NCBI GenBank assembly: GCA_001643675.2
Contig: LSRY02000017.1
Span: forward strand, 1-64,000
DNA: 64,000 nucleotides
Reading direction: 5' to 3'
DNA from: Monocercomonoides exilis PA203
Taxonomy: Eukaryota > Protista > Preaxostyla
Shown here piece by piece: positions 61,312 through 64,000 of the stretch. The position numbers were made by a program, and so were the translations under genes. Numbering within the stretch: the stretch's first letter is position 1; each line of letters opens with the position of its first letter. Under the pieces are notes generated by a model. That model was not told the DNA's origin and searched no databases. It worked only from the letters and a program-made list of their open reading frames with translations.

Positions 61312-64000
61312 ATGTCTACGACTTTTTCTCGAGCTAGTCCAATAAAAAAGTTGCTTGTCTTGGATAGATCGTCGCCAGAACAAGCAAATAGTATTCAAAA
61401 AACACAAAGTCGAGGCTTTTTATCTTTTTTTACTCAGAAGCAAAGTCAAACTTCAGATGTTGTTGCTCCGCTTGCTCCTGTTGTACAATTTACTGTAGAA
61501 AAACGAGAAGGCGTACAATTTTCTGAGTACTTTTCTTCTAAGTATTTTTTTGAAACTACATCGGCTTTACTACTTGATAATGTTTGTCATTGTTATTGTT
61601 TAGAATTGACATTTTGATGATAAAAATTTGGTGGAAACTTGTGTTGAATGATATATTAATATAGGAACTATCTTATGACTTTTCCATCCCAAAGCAAAGA
61701 GAAAAACGTTCATCACCATTTTCATTCAAATTATTTTTGAATGAAGAGAACAAGAAATTAGACTTAGAGAACGGAAATGATGGATTGCGACGTGATTGCT
61801 CCACAACCACGACTCGAGATTCAAATGATTTCTTATTACCTGTGAAGCCTGTATCGTCTTGCGTCACCAAATCAAAGCTTCATTCACTTTCTACTTCAAT
61901 TAAGGAAACATTTTCCACTGAAATTTCACATTCTTCGATAGAATCTTCAATTATAAGATATTCTTTTTTCCCTTATTATTGCTTGAGCGCGTTTCCGTGT
62001 TCAAAGTCAATACAATTAAATCCATCTTATCTTCAACGGGAAAGGGAAAGAAAAAGAGAAATCGATCTTGTTTTGGAACAAGAGTATCTAAAAAGTAAGA
62101 ATAATGAAAAGCTTTCCAAATCAAAATTTAAAGCAAGTTGCAGTGGAAAAAGACGAAAATCGAGGATGAAAATTGAAGAAGAGAAAAAGTGCAAAAGTGA
62201 AATGAAATGGATAAATTCTCTTCTTGATGAGCGTTTAAATCAATTCAGCGCTGTTCAAGATGAATTTATGAAAGGCTGCCATCTGAATTCGACCTCTGGC
62301 ACATCATCCTCTTCATCTGCATCATCTTCAATGCTATCCATAAATAACACACCAACATCCTCAGATGGATCGAGTCAGATTTCTCAGTCAAAATCTTCAG
62401 CAACAAGCTGTCCATTGGTTGTGAAGCTGATCCAGACACATTCGATGCGCTTGCTGCTTTCTTCTTTGTTCTGCTCTGCAGACGAGGAATGCGAAGAAAA
62501 CGAAAGAATAGTGAGAAACAAGGAAAGGAGAAAGAAGATGATAAGAGATGGGATAAATAGAGAAAGAGACAGACTTTATGCATTCAGTATAAGCAAAGAA
62601 GATGCTGATGATGACACGAAAAAAACAGAAGATGAAAGAGAAGAGGAGAATATCACTGGAACGAATGAGATTGATGCGCTGTTGACTGATTTGTTTTTGC
62701 TGTCATTTGAAGAAGCATTGCCAGCTGAGTCAACAGCTTTCTCTTTCAAACTGCCTCCTCTTCCTTTCTTCTCTTCTCTTCTTTTTCATCCGCTTGTGCC
62801 TTGCTCGTCTGTCCTCAGCCATTTCCAGTCAGCTCGCTCTGCTGTGAGAAGGAAAGGAGAAAAGGCAAAGGGGGAAAAAAGAATGAATTTGAGGAAGAGA
62901 AGAGAAGAGAAAAAGGAAAAGAAGATGAGAAAGGAAGAGTTGGAAGGCAAAACAGGAGAAAGAAGGAGTTCAAATAAAAGCAGTGAAGAATTGTGGAACG
63001 TGATGAAAGAGGAAGTTGGATATAGAATTAGCAAAGCTCTTTCTGCTTTGATAGAAACAGATGCAAACAAAGAGGATATTCAAAGTGTTGAAGGAAAAGA
63101 AGCTAACACTGAAAAAGTGAATGAAACAAAACTTGCACAGAACTCAGAAGAAGACAATAATCAGGTTGAAGACAGTTCTATTCATAGAATGAAAGATCTT
63201 TCACAATTGACATCTTTAGCTTCTTCTTCAACTTCTAATTCTTCTTCTATTTCTTCTTCTAATTCTTCTTCTAATTCTTCTTCTAATTCTTCTTTAGCAT
63301 CCATAAATGAATATCTAACCAATCAGAAAAAACAGGAACAAGAGTTTTTTGAGTCATTTCTTGCTCAGTTTGATTCTGATGAAAACTCAACTTTTCGAAA
63401 CATTCACATTTTTCTCTCATTTTACATCCTTTTTCGATCAGTTTTTTCGCTTCTTCCTCTTCTCGTACCATCTTTGTATCACAAAACTAAAGCTTCAAAT
63501 TCATCTTCTTCCTCTTCTTCCTCTTCTTCCTCTTCTTCCTCTTCTTCCTCTTCTTCCTCTTCTTCCTCTTCTTCCTCTTCTTCCTCTTCTTCCTCTTCTT
63601 CCTCTTCCTCCTCTTCCTCCTCCTCTTCTTCTTCTTCTTCGACTTCTTCGACTTCTTCTTCTTCTCTTTCTGTTAATACATTTTCAAACAATTCATCATC
63701 TGATTCTTCTTCTTCTTCTGTTATTTCCAGTACTTCAGCAGAGCATTCATCTTCTTCTCCTTCTTCTCCTTCTCTCTCTTCTCATTCATCTGCCTCTTCT
63801 CTTTTTTCATCATTGTTGTCTTCTTTCCTCTTCCCTTCCTCTTCCATTTCTTTCTTCTCCATTCTTTCTATTAACAAATATGATGCTTCAACATCACCAA
63901 CGAAGGACTCTTCATCAAATTCAACATCTTCTTCATCAACAGAAGATAAATTAACAGTTTCACCTTCATCATTATCTTCTTCTTTTCCTTCCCCTTCATC
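61312..64000 (+). CDS. Unknown protein with charged and Ser-rich low-complexity tracts, 3'-partial
   Basis: Exon from 61312, GT-AG intron ending at 61664, then a frame that appears open from 61665 to the window end (same phase at both ends). No recognisable domain. Confidence 0.6.
63504..63625 (+). repeat. (TCTTCTTCC)n 9-bp tandem repeat encoding poly-Ser
   Basis: Directly visible; it explains the spurious LLP and poly-E ORFs in other frames. Confidence 0.9.

Noticed and set aside
1-64000. tRNA, rRNA or telomeric repeats
   Set aside because: None recognised by eye; a tRNAscan-SE/Infernal search would be needed to exclude small RNAs.

Overview
AT-rich, intron-containing eukaryotic DNA read in the standard genetic code, with short GT-AG introns. 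The gene content (axonemal dynein, giant beta-helix/TM/pseudokinase protein, an 'EVEIALLALS' helical family, Ser-tract-inflated proteins) suggests an oxymonad flagellate such as Monocercomonoides; this is inference, not a database result. Housekeeping genes: ERCC6L/PICH-like SNF2 ATPase (runs off the left end), GlpT/SLC37-like MFS transporter, outer-arm dynein beta heavy chain, MFSD1-like transporter, very long PP2A B56 subunit, proteasome alpha-1 (PSMA6), a small multi-TM orphan and a partial Ser-rich orphan. An accessory zone at about 8-31 kb holds a frameshift-split receptor-like pseudokinase, an intronless protein of 16 exact-length 30-aa repeats whose variable positions fall in the ankyrin/DARPin binding register, decayed gene fragments, a complete intron-containing pogo-type DD35D transposon with TIRs, and a ~420-bp foldback palindrome. 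The 30-aa repeat protein is the best candidate for undescribed biology.
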